This document shows positions 1 to 9,735 of a DNA stretch of 64,000 nt, one piece after another. Origin of the DNA: an uncultured Spirochaetales bacterium (lineage in GTDB: Bacteria; Spirochaetota; Spirochaetia; CAYRYS01); assembly GCA_964428555.1 (NCBI GenBank), contig CAYRYS010000007.1:3787-67786 (forward strand), written 5' to 3'. Position 1 is the stretch's first letter. The number at the start of each line of letters is the position of its first letter. Under the pieces are notes generated by a model. It was given only the letters and a program-made list of their open reading frames with translations, did no database searches and was not told the DNA's origin. The position numbers and the translations under genes are program-made.

Positions 1-1
1 G

Positions 2-490
2 TTCAGAAACGGAAAAAATATCGGCTGCTTTAAGGGATTAAACGATGCTGTGATATGTGCTGCAGGTATTTCTAAACTAGTGAAACTCAATGTTGAGCTC
101 ACCGGAATATCTCTGGGCCATTTCAGGGCTGATGGTATGATTATCGCGACACCTACAGGGTCGACTGCGTATTCAATATCAGCAGGTGGGCCTATTCTCA
201 ATCCGGAAATGGCTGCGATGATTATCAATCCTATCTGTCCCTTTACATTATCTAACAGACCCATTGTTGTCCCTGGTGAAGAGGAAATCCATATCTGTAT
301 TGAAGAGCACCAGCGGACACAGGTTATCTTGACTGTAGACGGTCAGAACGCGTTTCCCCTTCAGCCTTTGGATGTGCTGAAAATCGAGAATGCTGCTGAG
401 CAGGCTTGTATCATTCGTTCAGATAAGCGTACATTTTATGAAGTTCTTCGCTCGAAGCTTAATTGGTCCGGAGGTCCGAATAATGCTTGA
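2..490 (+). CDS. nadK: NAD(+) kinase, 5'-truncated by window edge
   Basis: Frame open from base 2; motifs LND, ADG-x4-TPTGSTAYSISAGGP, RPIV, VDGQ; directly upstream of recN as is common. Confidence 0.93.
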   Translation, partial: FRNGKNIGCFKGLNDAVICAAGISKLVKLNVELTGISLGHFRADGMIIATPTGSTAYSISAGGPILNPEMAAMIINPICPFTLSNRPIVVPGEEEIHICIEEHQRTQVILTVDGQNAFPLQPLDVLKIENAAEQACIIRSDKRTFYEVLRSKLNWSGGPNNA

Positions 491-2168
491 CGAATTGCAA
501 GTAAAAAACTATGCCTTAATAGATGAGCTTTCTATTGATTTCTCACAAGGGCTGAATATCTTAACCGGAGAGACAGGGGCAGGGAAGTCAATTCTTCTTG
601 GAGCTTTGGGGCTTATTCTCGGTGAAAAAGGAGACACATCTGCAATCCGCACCGGCAGGGAAGAAGCAGTAATAACCGGAACCTTTGAGCTTTCTGATAC
701 ACCGGAAGCAGTCTCATGGCTCGCTGAACGGGATATTGAGCCAGAGGACGGCGCGCGGGTGTTTATTAGAAGGATCTTGAAGCAAACAGGAAGAGGTAGT
801 ATCCACATATCCGGGACTCCTGTTTCCAGAAAAGAGCTGAAAGAACTCGGAAACATGCTTGTGGATGTACATGGACAGCACGATCATCAGACACTTCTGA
901 GAATACAGACGCATAGGGAATATCTGGATAAATTCGGAGGGCATGATCATCTCGTAGATAAACTGACCGGCATATTTAATGAACTGTCTTTAAAGAAAAA
1001 GGAGCTCCAGGAGCTTGTTGACAGTGAAAAGCGTCGGCTTCAGGAAGCTGATCTTCTTGATTTTGCAGTTTCGGAGATAAATGAAGCGAATCTGGACCCA
1101 AAGGAAGAAGAGGAGCTTGAGCGCGAGATTTCTATGCTTAGTCAGTACGAAACCTTGTTTTCAACTATTGAGAAGACGTATCAGCTTTTTAACAGCGGGA
1201 AGGGCCTACTATCTTCTTGTTCCGAAGCAATGAACAATTTGGAATCAAGCGCACAGATTGATGATACGCTAACTGAACAGGCACAGAGAATATCCGGCTG
1301 CTATTATGAGCTCGAGGATATAAGTGAAAGCATACGGCATTACCGGGATACTCTTAATTACAGCCCGGAGCGCCTTGAACAAGCAAATACAAGGCTCCAG
1401 CTGATTCATAGATTAGAAAAAAAATACGGAAATACCATACAGGATGTACTACAGTATTGTCACCAGGCAGAGGAAAAACTGGAACAGACACATAATATAG
1501 AGGAAGATAAAGAACGGCTGAAACAGGAGATTAAGGCTCTTGAAAAAGAACTTGTATCTAAGGGTGAGGAGTTAACAGGCTCCAGAAAGAGAGCTGCTTC
1601 AAAACTGCAGACAGCTGTTGAATCCCGGCTTCAAAAGCTCGGTATGAAAAATGCCCGGTTTGTCATCAACATACAACCAAAAAAAACCGAAGCTGGGGGA
1701 CGGAAATGCGGGCCTACTGGTTTTGAATCGATTGAATTCTTAATCAGTGCAAATGCAGGAGAGCCTGAGAAGCCTTTAAAACAGGTTGCTTCAGGCGGTG
1801 AGATTTCAAGGATAATGCTTGCAATGAAATCGGTATTTGCAAATTCCGATGCTGTAGAAACAATGATTTTTGATGAAATTGATGCAGGAATAGGCGGAGA
1901 GGTAGCGTTATCTGTAGGCGAGCATTTAAAAGGTTTGGCAGAGCATAAACAGCTTTTATGCATAACACACCTTGCCTCTATCGCTGTTCGTGCCGATAAT
2001 CATATTACGGTAAAGAAGATAGAAGAAACTGAGCAGACTAATACAGAGGTTTCGCAAATAAGCGGTGAGGAACGTATTAGAGAGATTGCGCGTATGCTTT
2101 CCGGAGAAGCTGGAGATCAAGCCTCTCTGGAGCATGCCCGCCAGCTGCTGTCCACTTACGGGAGTTAG
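483..2168 (+). CDS. recN: DNA repair protein RecN
   Basis: Start MLDELQVKNYALI (ATG 483, GGAGG upstream); Walker A GETGAGKS, HGQH, signature ASGGEISR, Walker B FDEIDAG, ITHL. Confidence 0.97.
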   Translation: MLDELQVKNYALIDELSIDFSQGLNILTGETGAGKSILLGALGLILGEKGDTSAIRTGREEAVITGTFELSDTPEAVSWLAERDIEPEDGARVFIRRILKQTGRGSIHISGTPVSRKELKELGNMLVDVHGQHDHQTLLRIQTHREYLDKFGGHDHLVDKLTGIFNELSLKKKELQELVDSEKRRLQEADLLDFAVSEINEANLDPKEEEELEREISMLSQYETLFSTIEKTYQLFNSGKGLLSSCSEAMNNLESSAQIDDTLTEQAQRISGCYYELEDISESIRHYRDTLNYSPERLEQANTRLQLIHRLEKKYGNTIQDVLQYCHQAEEKLEQTHNIEEDKERLKQEIKALEKELVSKGEELTGSRKRAASKLQTAVESRLQKLGMKNARFVINIQPKKTEAGGRKCGPTGFESIEFLISANAGEPEKPLKQVASGGEISRIMLAMKSVFANSDAVETMIFDEIDAGIGGEVALSVGEHLKGLAEHKQLLCITHLASIAVRADNHITVKKIEETEQTNTEVSQISGEERIREIARMLSGEAGDQASLEHARQLLSTYGS

Positions 2169-2171
2169 GAA

Positions 2172-2999
2172 ATGTCAAAGGTTTCAGAAGAAGAAAAAAA
2201 GCGGTATTCAGATAAGATCAAACACTACAAAAAAGAAATTGAGGATCTGAAGAAACGGGAAAAACACCTTGAACAGATTATTGCAAACGATGATGTAGGC
2301 GGTGTCTATAAAAAAATTACCATAGCTAATGAGAATTTAAGTATGATTGCCTACTATGTGCTCATGAACCGGATTTCCTTATCACTTCTTGCTATGAAAA
2401 ACGAGAACTTTCTGAATGATGCAAGAAAACTCTGTTACAGAGTTCTTATAAAGCTTGAAGAAATTGTATCAAACTATGTGGATGTACCTTTCTCTGACTA
2501 TGAGGAAAAGCTGGAGGCAATTGTAGATTTGGATGATGCAGAACGCTATCTGCTGCTGAAAAAGCTCGGGTTTTCCATTAACAGTGTTGAAAGTAGTTTC
2601 GGTGATAACAGCAAATGGAAATGGTCCTTTGTTGAGTTAGAGGGAAGGTTTGCTACTGTTGCGAAAAATATGCTCAATCTGAAAACCGTCTACGCGGGTA
2701 TGGATCCAAGGGTTGAGGGATACGAAGCCAGGGTGTCTCATGTGAACCTAGTTAAAAGCCAGCTCCAAAGTGCTGCTGACAGATACCGCCAAAAGTACGA
2801 GCTTTCAACATCCAGAATAGATGACTTTAAGCAGGCCATTGCCTACCTGTCAGCCTTGAAACGTATCCATGTGCTTTTAAATGAGCGGAACAAAGCAGAG
2901 GAAGTGAAGCGTAAGCTCGAGGTGTGGTCCAACAAAATGGAATCCGATGAAAAAAGACAGGAGCAGGCTGCAAAGAAAAAACGCATGGAGAAGAAATAG
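2172..2999 (+). CDS. Conserved hypothetical alpha-helical protein
   Basis: 275-aa ORF 3 bp after recN, SD-like GGGAG/AGGA; no catalytic motif recognised. Confidence 0.7.
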   Translation: MSKVSEEEKKRYSDKIKHYKKEIEDLKKREKHLEQIIANDDVGGVYKKITIANENLSMIAYYVLMNRISLSLLAMKNENFLNDARKLCYRVLIKLEEIVSNYVDVPFSDYEEKLEAIVDLDDAERYLLLKKLGFSINSVESSFGDNSKWKWSFVELEGRFATVAKNMLNLKTVYAGMDPRVEGYEARVSHVNLVKSQLQSAADRYRQKYELSTSRIDDFKQAIAYLSALKRIHVLLNERNKAEEVKRKLEVWSNKMESDEKRQEQAAKKKRMEKK

Positions 3000-3006
3000 A
3001 TCTTCT

Positions 3007-3408
3007 TTAGTCAGTTTTCAGGTCGTGGAGCGAATCCAGGGGCAGTAGTTCTCCTGCACTCGTTTTTTTCATTTTCTTATCTTTTCCTGAATAGTATACT
3101 GGAAACTCAGGGCCTACGAATTCGCTTATCACCTGCCTGCATGCTCCGCAGGGAGGTACAGGATAATCTGCATCCGGACAGTGGAGTGCAAGAGCGGTAA
3201 AATTCTTTTTTGAATCTGTTATTGCTGCAAAGATGGCATTTCGCTCAGCACAGACGGTTAATCCGAATGAACGGTTTTCTACATTTACACCAGTGTATAC
3301 TGTGCCGTCTTCTGTTAATAAGGCTGCACCAACACGGAATGCGCTGTAGGGTGCATAGGCGTTGAAAGCTGTCTCTATTGCTATTTCATGGAGTTTTATT
3401 TCATTCAT
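3007..3408 (-). CDS. cdd: Cytidine deaminase
   Basis: AYAPYS-F-VGAAL, GVNVEN, CAERNA and PCGACRQ zinc motifs; SD GAGGA upstream. Confidence 0.95.
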   Translation of the reverse strand: MNEIKLHEIAIETAFNAYAPYSAFRVGAALLTEDGTVYTGVNVENRSFGLTVCAERNAIFAAITDSKKNFTALALHCPDADYPVPPCGACRQVISEFVGPEFPVYYSGKDKKMKKTSAGELLPLDSLHDLKTD

Positions 3409-3473
3409 AAGTGGTCCTCTCTTTGGTTGTTGGGAATTACCGGATATCGAATTATCGAAATACAGCTTTTTCG

Positions 3474-3503
3474 TTGACAGCGTTCAAACTAATAGTATAG
3501 GAT
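3474..3503 (+). promoter_or_regulatory. Putative sigma70 promoter
   Basis: TTGACA (3474-3479), 18 bp spacer, TAGGAT (3498-3503). Confidence 0.55.
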
Positions 3504-3534
3504 GAAGCTATATTCAATTATACCAAGGAATTCT

Positions 3535-4602
3535 GTGAAACGAAAAATATTTTTTCGATTTTTAATCATTTTTTTTATTGCACCGGTTATTGTACTCCTT
3601 TTTCCGCGATCAGTGGAACCTGAACTTTCCTGTATACCCGGATGGGCGCAAGCGCTTGACAGTGGAATTTCAGTACCGCTGGCTGATCCGGATACCTCGG
3701 TTATTCCTTTCTCAACTGATACGGTCTTCGGGTACTTTCATCCGGAAAATGGGATTACTTTTACCAGTGCAGCCTTGGACGGTATTGCTATTTCTGAGAA
3801 CGGTTTTATTTCATATACCAGTGTTCCGACTGAACTCTATTTTCGGGATACAAGGGGACGTGTTCTCACTTCCATCGATGCTCGAGGCTATCCAATGTAT
3901 ATAGGTAGCCGATTGTTTTTGGTGCAGTCCAGCAGGTCTGGAATTACTGAATGGGACTATGATAGAGAGGCTCTGTGGGATATTGAAGTGAATACAGTGT
4001 TCACAGATATTACAGAAGCACAGGGATATCTTTACATAACAACCCTGGACGGCCGGATACTCGAGATCGATCAGACCGGCAGTTTTATGGAATACCGCCC
4101 ATTCGATGAGAATGAATTGCAAAGTATATATGGAATAGCTGTATCATCCGATCGTCAGAGAATGGCAGTTGTCGGCGGATTGAGACCCCAGCAATTGCTG
4201 GTTTTTCAGCGTATTGGAGAAGAGGCATGGGAGGTGGTATTTACCCAAAGCTTTGAAAATACTGTCCGCCGTACATCTTATATGGAGTTTATTGAGCCTT
4301 CGGGGACTACTCTCATTATCGAAAGGCCGGAAAATACTGGTTTATTACTTAGAGATGGAGAGGACATTATCTATTTTTCTGATGAACAGCCGGTTATGGC
4401 CGGTGCTATGCAGGATGAGTATCCTGGTGCAGTTCTGTTTGCAGGCAGAGAAATTGCGAGATTAGGGCTTTTTTCAGAATACAGTGCTTTTTGGGAAGGT
4501 ACTGCAGGTGTATATACTGAGTTGTTCCTGCATCAGGAAGGGAATAGTCTATTTTATACGAATGGCGAGGTATTCTGTAGACTGACAATGGAGTATCGGT
4601 AA
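3535..4602 (+). CDS. Membrane-anchored periplasmic hypothetical protein (beta-rich, possibly propeller-like)
   Basis: GTG 3535 with AAGGA SD gives MKRKIFFRFLIIFF + hydrophobic anchor; ATG 3502 overlaps the predicted -10, so 3535 is preferred. Confidence 0.65.
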   Translation: MKRKIFFRFLIIFFIAPVIVLLFPRSVEPELSCIPGWAQALDSGISVPLADPDTSVIPFSTDTVFGYFHPENGITFTSAALDGIAISENGFISYTSVPTELYFRDTRGRVLTSIDARGYPMYIGSRLFLVQSSRSGITEWDYDREALWDIEVNTVFTDITEAQGYLYITTLDGRILEIDQTGSFMEYRPFDENELQSIYGIAVSSDRQRMAVVGGLRPQQLLVFQRIGEEAWEVVFTQSFENTVRRTSYMEFIEPSGTTLIIERPENTGLLLRDGEDIIYFSDEQPVMAGAMQDEYPGAVLFAGREIARLGLFSEYSAFWEGTAGVYTELFLHQEGNSLFYTNGEVFCRLTMEYR

Positions 4603-5472
4603 ATGAAAAATAGATTTTACATACTGATGGTTCTTGTTTGCTTTCTGCTCTTCTCAGGTTTTCAATGGCCGACCCAAGGCAGGGTCATTACTGCTACTTT
4701 TGGAGAAAGCAGGTGGGACCATTTTCATAGTGGGATTGACCTTGGCGGAGGAAGACAGAATATATACGCTGTGGATGAAGGTGAGGTTGTCTACTACTAT
4801 GAGGAAGATCAGCGATATAATCCGATTCCGACCGGGCTCGGTAATTTCTTAGTTCTCCAGCATCAGCGGGGCATACAGTCCCTGTATGCCCATTTGTATC
4901 AAGGCAGTCTGGAAACAAATATTTTTGATATTGCTTCTGGAGATGTGATCGGTCTGACCGGCGCAAGCGGATACAGTATTGGGACGCATCTTCATCTTAC
5001 CTTTTATAACATCCAGTCTCAGTCTTCTATTAATCCGCTTCTGCTTCTTCCGGAGATGGAGGATACGGTTCCGCCGGAAATTCATAGTGCATCATTAATA
5101 CAGGATGAACAAGAGCTTTCCATGACTGATAATATGTCAGTCCGGGCAGGCAGTTACGGATTGAAGCTGCATGTTTCCGATCAAAGCCATGCTGTGCAGT
5201 ATTATCTGCCAATGGCTCCCTACTCGATTGAAGTATATTTAAACGGTACAGAGGTAATAGGGGTTAGCTTTGAAACAATTACAGAAAATAACGGGGAGTT
5301 GACCTTAGGTGAAAACAGCAACCGGACCTTCGATAATTTCTACTACGAAATGGATGTGTTTAACCTTGGAGAAATTAATCTCATACCAGGTGAAAATAGA
5401 GTTGAATTTGTTGCAGGCGACAGAGCAGGCAACAGCTCAGCGCAATCATTCATCGTCTCTGCTGTCAGGTAA
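4603..5472 (+). CDS. M23 family metallopeptidase, exported
   Basis: Signal peptide; HSGID (HxxxD), YAHL, HLH zinc motifs. Confidence 0.9.
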   Translation: MKNRFYILMVLVCFLLFSGFQWPTQGRVITATFGESRWDHFHSGIDLGGGRQNIYAVDEGEVVYYYEEDQRYNPIPTGLGNFLVLQHQRGIQSLYAHLYQGSLETNIFDIASGDVIGLTGASGYSIGTHLHLTFYNIQSQSSINPLLLLPEMEDTVPPEIHSASLIQDEQELSMTDNMSVRAGSYGLKLHVSDQSHAVQYYLPMAPYSIEVYLNGTEVIGVSFETITENNGELTLGENSNRTFDNFYYEMDVFNLGEINLIPGENRVEFVAGDRAGNSSAQSFIVSAVR

Positions 5473-5507
5473 GCAGAAATCTTTAATACAAAGAACACGC
5501 AAGGGAA

Positions 5508-6356
5508 ATGAAAACATATTCAAGTAAACCAAACAACGAGGAACTCCGGGAAGTATCTTGCGGTGTCTGCGGTCATAGTGCGTATCAATTAGCATGGGAC
5601 CTCGGAGATTACCGGTTTCAAAAATGTCTTAACTGCGGTGTATATTATCAGAATCCTCAGCCGGTTTTCCAGGAATTGAAAAACCGTTATGAAGAAGATT
5701 ACTTGGAATACGAAATTGAAAACGAAGCGAATTTTCTTGGTCTTATGTTAAAGGGGTTATCTGATATCAATTTTCAAGAAATTATCAGCAGATATGCAGG
5801 AGATGCCCCTTGGTTTCTGGATATTGGGTGTGCTACAGGTGCTCTGTTGGAGCAAATGAAAAAGAAAGGCCTGAATGTAAAGGGTGTTGAGATTAGCAGT
5901 ATAATGGCGCAGTACGGTAAAAACACCCGGGGAATCGATATTGTAAATACAGACCTTGAAACTGCGGGGTTCTCAGACAATGAATTTCATTTTATTCATT
6001 CTTCCCATGTAATTGAACATGTGCCGCATCCGGGTGACTTTGTTAGAGAGGTTTATCGTATCTTGAAGCCAGGGGGATATTTTATATGCACAACACCGAA
6101 TGCTTCAGGCTTCCAAGCCAGGTTGTTTCAGGAAAAGTGGCGGTCTGCGATTGCTGATCATATGTACCTGTTTTCCAAGAAGAATCTCAAAGACCTGTTA
6201 TTCTGGACAGGCTTTTCTATTGAAAGGGAAAAAACCTGGGGCGGCCTTGCCATAGGAGCGGGACCTGTCATCATAAAAAAGATTCTTGATCCCCTTTCAA
6301 AGCGCTTGGGATTCGGCGATGTTATGCTACTTTTAGCTAAAAAGCCTATTCAGTGA
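5508..6356 (+). CDS. Class I SAM-dependent methyltransferase with N-terminal zinc ribbon
   Basis: CGVC...CLNC; LDIGCATG motif I; HVIEHV; LKPGG. Confidence 0.88.
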   Translation: MKTYSSKPNNEELREVSCGVCGHSAYQLAWDLGDYRFQKCLNCGVYYQNPQPVFQELKNRYEEDYLEYEIENEANFLGLMLKGLSDINFQEIISRYAGDAPWFLDIGCATGALLEQMKKKGLNVKGVEISSIMAQYGKNTRGIDIVNTDLETAGFSDNEFHFIHSSHVIEHVPHPGDFVREVYRILKPGGYFICTTPNASGFQARLFQEKWRSAIADHMYLFSKKNLKDLLFWTGFSIEREKTWGGLAIGAGPVIIKKILDPLSKRLGFGDVMLLLAKKPIQ

Positions 6357-8733
6357 AGGCTCTCTCCTTAATTGGATCCACATTTATCCCAAGCTCAGCT
6401 GCCAAGTGCACAAGTGCCCTTAGCTTTTTGTAGCCGCTGATATTGTCATTCCGCAGTTCTTCAAAAAACGACTCTGTCTTACTTTTTAGGAGATGATAGA
6501 TCTGATTCTGAGCATGGGTAATATCAGGCATTACTCCGCCTGGACGAAGGGCCTCTAGAAAATCAATAATTTCTCCGGACTGTTCAATCAGGTTTTCATC
6601 TGAAAGCGAATCAAACTGTTCTGTAAATAGAAAATTGATTTGCCGCTGTATGGAATTTATGTCTATAGATAGGTTGAAATCTTTCGCGAATTTTAGAGAA
6701 TCCCGGAGTACTGCCTTGTCCTGGGTATTTAAGCTCTGTTCTTTGTTTAATACCCCGAGTATCCGGCAATTAAGTGCAATTTCCGCCATTCGTTCAATGC
6801 TCGGAGAAGGGGGTACATTCATTGATTTTGCGTAAGTGAGGATCTTCTGAGACCTGGTAAGAAAGGCAGCTCCTTCTGTCATGCAGGTGTTTTCCAATTC
6901 TTCAGAAATAACATTGTTCAGCTGTGTCTTTATTTCATAGGGAAGCTCATTCATATGTATTTCCAAGGACTGTTTATCCTTGTCTGTCATTGTAACAGAA
7001 AGGGTGTGTTCTTCAGATTCTGTAACAGTAAATGAAAAGCCATGAAATGAAGCTGTTGGCACCTCTTCAATTGTGACTTTTCCTGTATAGTGGTTGCTCC
7101 GGTTTTGGATATTTTTTTTAGAATCAATGGAAAAACTATCTAACCGGAAGTCGCCGAAGGTGTTTTTCTTGTCTTGTGTGTGCCCAAGTATCTTAGGGAG
7201 TACAAATACTGCGCCTGCATACTCAGGTCCCTTTTCGTGTGGTAGTACCAGGTGTGTAAACACCTGCTTGCCTGTGCCGAAATCGGGTATATTACTGTGT
7301 GCCTTGTCTAATACTGCTAAAAACGGCTGAAGAAGGTCTGTTTCAGTAAAATTCTGATACAAGCGGATAGCTTTTAGTGCATAGGCCATATTCTGTACAG
7401 TTTCAATCCCGGATATTTCTGAAAAAAACCATCCGCAGGATGTGAACATAAACAATAAATACTTCTGTCCTTCTAAGAGCTTTAGGAGCCTGCTGATTTG
7501 TTCTGCATCCGGCTTTACCTTGGTAATAATTGATTTACCGAAATCCTCTTTGGTTATCTCCCCTGTGAGTACTGATATATACCTGTTTCGTATATCATAA
7601 GGATCTTGATCAGAAAGCTTTTCCATTTCCTGAAAGAAGATCCGTTTCAGTCTGAGGCTTAACTCGTTTAATCCATCCCGCAACGGATTCCGCCAGTATT
7701 GGTTCCAGTTTTCCCCGCCTCCTGTAGAACATCCGCAGTGCTTGTACCACCGTGATACTCCATGAAAGCAGCTCCAGGAAGTACCTCTGGAATCTTCGCC
7801 GGATTTTAGTTGAACAAAGTCTGTTGGGGGATTCTCCTCTAAATACCTTCCATAGTTGGTAAACTCAAGTTTGTCATCTTTTTGTACCATTTTGACCAGC
7901 GCTGCGTATGCCATATCTCCGAAGGGTTCATGATGCCCGTAAATCTCTCCATCTGTTGCAGTATGAATGAGTTTTTTATCATTATGGTTCGAATGAAAAT
8001 CCAATATGCGGTTGTACAGATCGTGAGCATCTCTTAAGTAGTGTTCAAAGGAAATCCCCTGTGCAAGAATGTGGTTATAGAAAAATACGGAGATTTGCCC
8101 TTCCGGACGCTGGATAATGTAGGGTTTTCCGGAATCAATAGGGTTGTTATTGAGCGATTTCCAATCTTTTTCTCTCTTGGCTTTCACTGCTTCAGCCTGC
8201 CATGGTGAAAGAATGACAAATTTTACTCCCTCGGAGATCAGGACATCCAGAGTAAGGTCATTCACAGCAGTTTCAGAAAGCCAAATACCTTCAGCCTTTC
8301 TTCCAAAATGAAACTCAAAATCCTGTAATCCCCATCTGACCTGGGTCGTAATATCTTCAGGAGTTGCCAGCGGCAGAATAATATGATTATACACCTGGGC
8401 AATTGCATTTCCGTGTCCATCGTATTTTTCAACACTCTTCTTATCAGCATCAATGATCCTCTTGTAAACAAGGGGGGCTTTTTTTCTAAGCCACCATAAG
8501 AGGGTAGGGCCGAAGTTATAGGAGAGGTACTCATAGTTGTTTATTATCTCATTGATTCTTCCATACGGGTCTAAGTACCGGGATGCGGAGTTTGCTGCAT
8601 AGCATTCGCTGGTAATTCTGGAATTCCAATCATGAAAAGGGAGAGCGCTTTCCTGAAAAGGGACTTCTCCTATCCAAGGATCTTCCCTTGGGGGTTGGTA
8701 AAAGTGACCGTGTATAATCAAATAGTTCTTCAT
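6346..8733 (-). CDS. GH57-family glycoside hydrolase (DUF3536-type)
   Basis: HGHFYQPPREDPW, YNHIILPL, GIWLSET (catalytic Glu), ATDGEIYGHH, MFTSCGWFF. Confidence 0.88.
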   Translation of the reverse strand: MKNYLIIHGHFYQPPREDPWIGEVPFQESALPFHDWNSRITSECYAANSASRYLDPYGRINEIINNYEYLSYNFGPTLLWWLRKKAPLVYKRIIDADKKSVEKYDGHGNAIAQVYNHIILPLATPEDITTQVRWGLQDFEFHFGRKAEGIWLSETAVNDLTLDVLISEGVKFVILSPWQAEAVKAKREKDWKSLNNNPIDSGKPYIIQRPEGQISVFFYNHILAQGISFEHYLRDAHDLYNRILDFHSNHNDKKLIHTATDGEIYGHHEPFGDMAYAALVKMVQKDDKLEFTNYGRYLEENPPTDFVQLKSGEDSRGTSWSCFHGVSRWYKHCGCSTGGGENWNQYWRNPLRDGLNELSLRLKRIFFQEMEKLSDQDPYDIRNRYISVLTGEITKEDFGKSIITKVKPDAEQISRLLKLLEGQKYLLFMFTSCGWFFSEISGIETVQNMAYALKAIRLYQNFTETDLLQPFLAVLDKAHSNIPDFGTGKQVFTHLVLPHEKGPEYAGAVFVLPKILGHTQDKKNTFGDFRLDSFSIDSKKNIQNRSNHYTGKVTIEEVPTASFHGFSFTVTESEEHTLSVTMTDKDKQSLEIHMNELPYEIKTQLNNVISEELENTCMTEGAAFLTRSQKILTYAKSMNVPPSPSIERMAEIALNCRILGVLNKEQSLNTQDKAVLRDSLKFAKDFNLSIDINSIQRQINFLFTEQFDSLSDENLIEQSGEIIDFLEALRPGGVMPDITHAQNQIYHLLKSKTESFFEELRNDNISGYKKLRALVHLAAELGINVDPIKERAFTE

Positions 8734-8739
8734 ATCCGT

Positions 8740-8768
8740 ATACTGGAGTTTTTTGCGGTGTTTGTAAA
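8740..8768 (-). promoter_or_regulatory. Putative sigma70 promoter, possibly giving a leaderless mRNA
   Basis: Minus strand TTTACA-N17-CAGTAT, 6 nt before ATG 8733; no SD. Confidence 0.4.
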
Positions 8769-8921
8769 TAGAATTTCAGCCTTTATTCAACGATTTCTCA
8801 GGAACCGGTAAAAATCTCCCTTTTATATCATGTCCATCTAAGAAGACCGATAAGTGATGTGGTTAAACCGTAAAGAGGGTATCTTGCGGTAAGATGTGTA
8901 GATTTTTGCTGTCTTGGTCTC

Positions 8922-8951
8922 TTGACACAAAATCAATAATTTTTCTAGGAT
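8922..8951 (+). promoter_or_regulatory. Putative sigma70 promoter of DUF4912-GH57 operon
   Basis: TTGACA (8922-8927), 18 bp spacer, TAGGAT (8946-8951); GGAGG SD before ATG 8975. Confidence 0.6.
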
Positions 8952-8974
8952 AGAGGTACTGTAGTGGAGGCAAT

Positions 8975-9718
8975 ATGACAAGTGAATGTTTACAGCAGCT
9001 TACTTATGACACACTTACTAATGTTCTGCATTCAAAGGGAATTGAATTAGCACCTGGAACCTCGAAGGATGAGATAATAACAACTTTGTTGGAGATTATT
9101 CAGGAAGACAGGCTTGAAAAGGAAGAGCTTAACAGCCTTGCTATAAAAATTGAAGGAAAAAAATACGATATTAGTCAGGATGAGGAATTCGAAGCACAGG
9201 ATACTGAAACGTATCTTCTTCCGGAAGATTACAATGTTACCCGGCTTGTTATGCTGCTAAGAGATCCAAACTGGGCATATGTATATTGGGACCTTAATGA
9301 TCAGGAGCTCTCCAAAATACAAAAGGTCCCGTTTTATAAAGGAACTTTTCTTCGTGTACATGAAACGCTGCCGAATAAAAAAACACAGAAGCGGGTCGAC
9401 TCATTTGATATTCCGATTAAGGAAACCGACCGCTCATGGTATGTAAATCTACCGAAATCAGGAACAAGCTATGTAACCGAGCTGATTTATAAAACGAACG
9501 TTAAGGCTCATATAATTACAAGCTCAAACGAAATATTTGCGCCAGAGCCAATCGTTGGAAGAAATAAGGATAAGGACCATCAGTGGGATGAGAAAACGGA
9601 AGAAATTCTCCGGCTTTCAGGTATGTATGAGATCGGAACTTCATCCTATGACTCAATGAATCCCCAGCGGATAATCTCACTTATGGATGCGAAATATATT
9701 CGCTCTTATAAAGAATAG
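8975..9718 (+). CDS. DUF4912 domain-containing protein
   Basis: LPEDYNVTRLVMLLRDPNWAYVYWD and WYVNL...SN motifs typical of DUF4912; upstream of a GH57 branching enzyme. Confidence 0.85.
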   Translation: MTSECLQQLTYDTLTNVLHSKGIELAPGTSKDEIITTLLEIIQEDRLEKEELNSLAIKIEGKKYDISQDEEFEAQDTETYLLPEDYNVTRLVMLLRDPNWAYVYWDLNDQELSKIQKVPFYKGTFLRVHETLPNKKTQKRVDSFDIPIKETDRSWYVNLPKSGTSYVTELIYKTNVKAHIITSSNEIFAPEPIVGRNKDKDHQWDEKTEEILRLSGMYEIGTSSYDSMNPQRIISLMDAKYIRSYKE

Positions 9719-9735
9719 TGAAAGAAGGAATTCTT

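Noticed and set aside
390-482. N-terminal extensions in the ORF track (recN 390; also mraY 15354, ftsW 16388, ftsZ 19678, fliI 33542)
   Set aside because: Downstream starts have SD sequences and match family N-termini
8827-8853. ACCGATAA as a sigma28 -10 upstream of DUF4912
   Set aside because: No TAAA-like -35 at the correct spacing; a good sigma70 promoter lies downstream
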